Source: an uncultured Ardenticatenia bacterium (GTDB taxonomy: Bacteria > Chloroflexota > Anaerolineae > 4572-78 > NAK82). Taken from it: a stretch of DNA of 64,000 bases. The position numbers and the translations under genes were made by a program. The notes beneath the pieces are model-generated. The model was not told where the DNA came from and ran no database searches. It worked only from the letters and a program-made list of their open reading frames with translations. This document shows positions 63,830 through 64,000 of this stretch, piece by piece (the first letter of the stretch is position 1; every line of letters starts with the position of its first letter). The stretch lies in NCBI GenBank assembly GCA_937127125.1, contig CAKZLO010000033.1:69217-133216 (forward strand). The letters are read 5' to 3'.

Positions 63830-64000
63830 ATGCGTCTGCTCCGCAACCGTTCTCTCATCATCCTTTCGTTGGGCCACCTGTTTTTGGACTTTTTCAGCAG
63901 TGTGATACCGGTGCTGCTTGCCTTCTTCAGTGTCCCCATGGGGCTGAGCAATGCCCAGCTGGCCACGGCAGCCAGCCTGTATAATTTTGCTTCTTCACTG
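63830..64000 (+). CDS. MFS transporter, 5' partial (runs off the window)
   Basis: This frame is absent from the ORF track because no stop is reached. MRLLRNRSLIILSLGHLFLDFFSSVIPVLLAFFSVPMGLSNAQLATAASLYNFASSL is a typical MFS TM1-TM2 start. Confidence 0.6.
   Translation, partial: MRLLRNRSLIILSLGHLFLDFFSSVIPVLLAFFSVPMGLSNAQLATAASLYNFASSL

Noticed and set aside
63778-63984. Track ORF MSILLLSILLILTLERYYASAPQPF... (68 aa)
   Set aside because: It starts inside the putative -10/operator. The alternative open frame from ATG 63830 gives a textbook MFS transporter N-terminus and runs off the window, so the track ORF is taken as an out-of-frame shadow.

Overview
The window is a gene-dense, high-GC bacterial chromosome segment with about 60 credible CDS on both strands. 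I found no rRNA, tRNA, CRISPR array, transposase or integrase. The content is mostly housekeeping: rex, ssb, moaA, a fused nuoBCD plus nuoI, secA, add, mutM, fmt, murI, a plsC-like gene, lexA, a complete trpE-GD-C-F-B-A operon, htrA, nnr, hsp20, and dnaB with its loader genes. There are also three two-component modules and an F420-linked oxidoreductase/amidohydrolase cluster.

The regulatory grammar is readable directly. It includes a Trp (UGG) T-box leader with terminator, a GAAC-N4-GTTC LexA box inside the lexA promoter, a Rex-type operator upstream of rex, and recurrent extended -10 promoters (TGGTATAAT-like). This grammar, a bacterial translin, the F420 enzymes and Pro/Thr-rich linkers on secreted proteins suggest a Chloroflexota-like organism. 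That assignment is inference only.

Most interesting observations:
1. A six-gene, translationally coupled operon (receiver - histidine kinase - 735-aa TPR protein - J-like protein with HPP instead of HPD - GrpE - short Hsp70). The Hsp70 and the J-like protein both end in EEVD-like acidic tails (FEVEI, CEVDL).
2. A tight ssb - translin - Cas4-N-like fragment - L,D-transpeptidase - membrane-anchored Cas4-like nuclease operon with no CRISPR nearby.
3. A helicase-loader gene encoding two tandem DnaC/DnaI-type AAA+ modules, downstream of dnaB and a DnaD-like gene.
4. A 0.9-kb two-gene cassette (small protein plus minimal nucleotidyltransferase) bounded by exact 22-bp direct repeats. These repeats duplicate the 3' end of an LLM oxidoreductase gene.
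5. Two B12-binding radical SAM genes bracketing an LprG/LolA-like lipoprotein gene.
6. An isolated nuoBCD-nuoI module translationally coupled to secA.

The ORF track translates alternative start codons (GTG/TTG) as M. I therefore re-evaluated starts by reading Shine-Dalgarno context. All functional calls rest on motifs visible in the translations. No database search was run.
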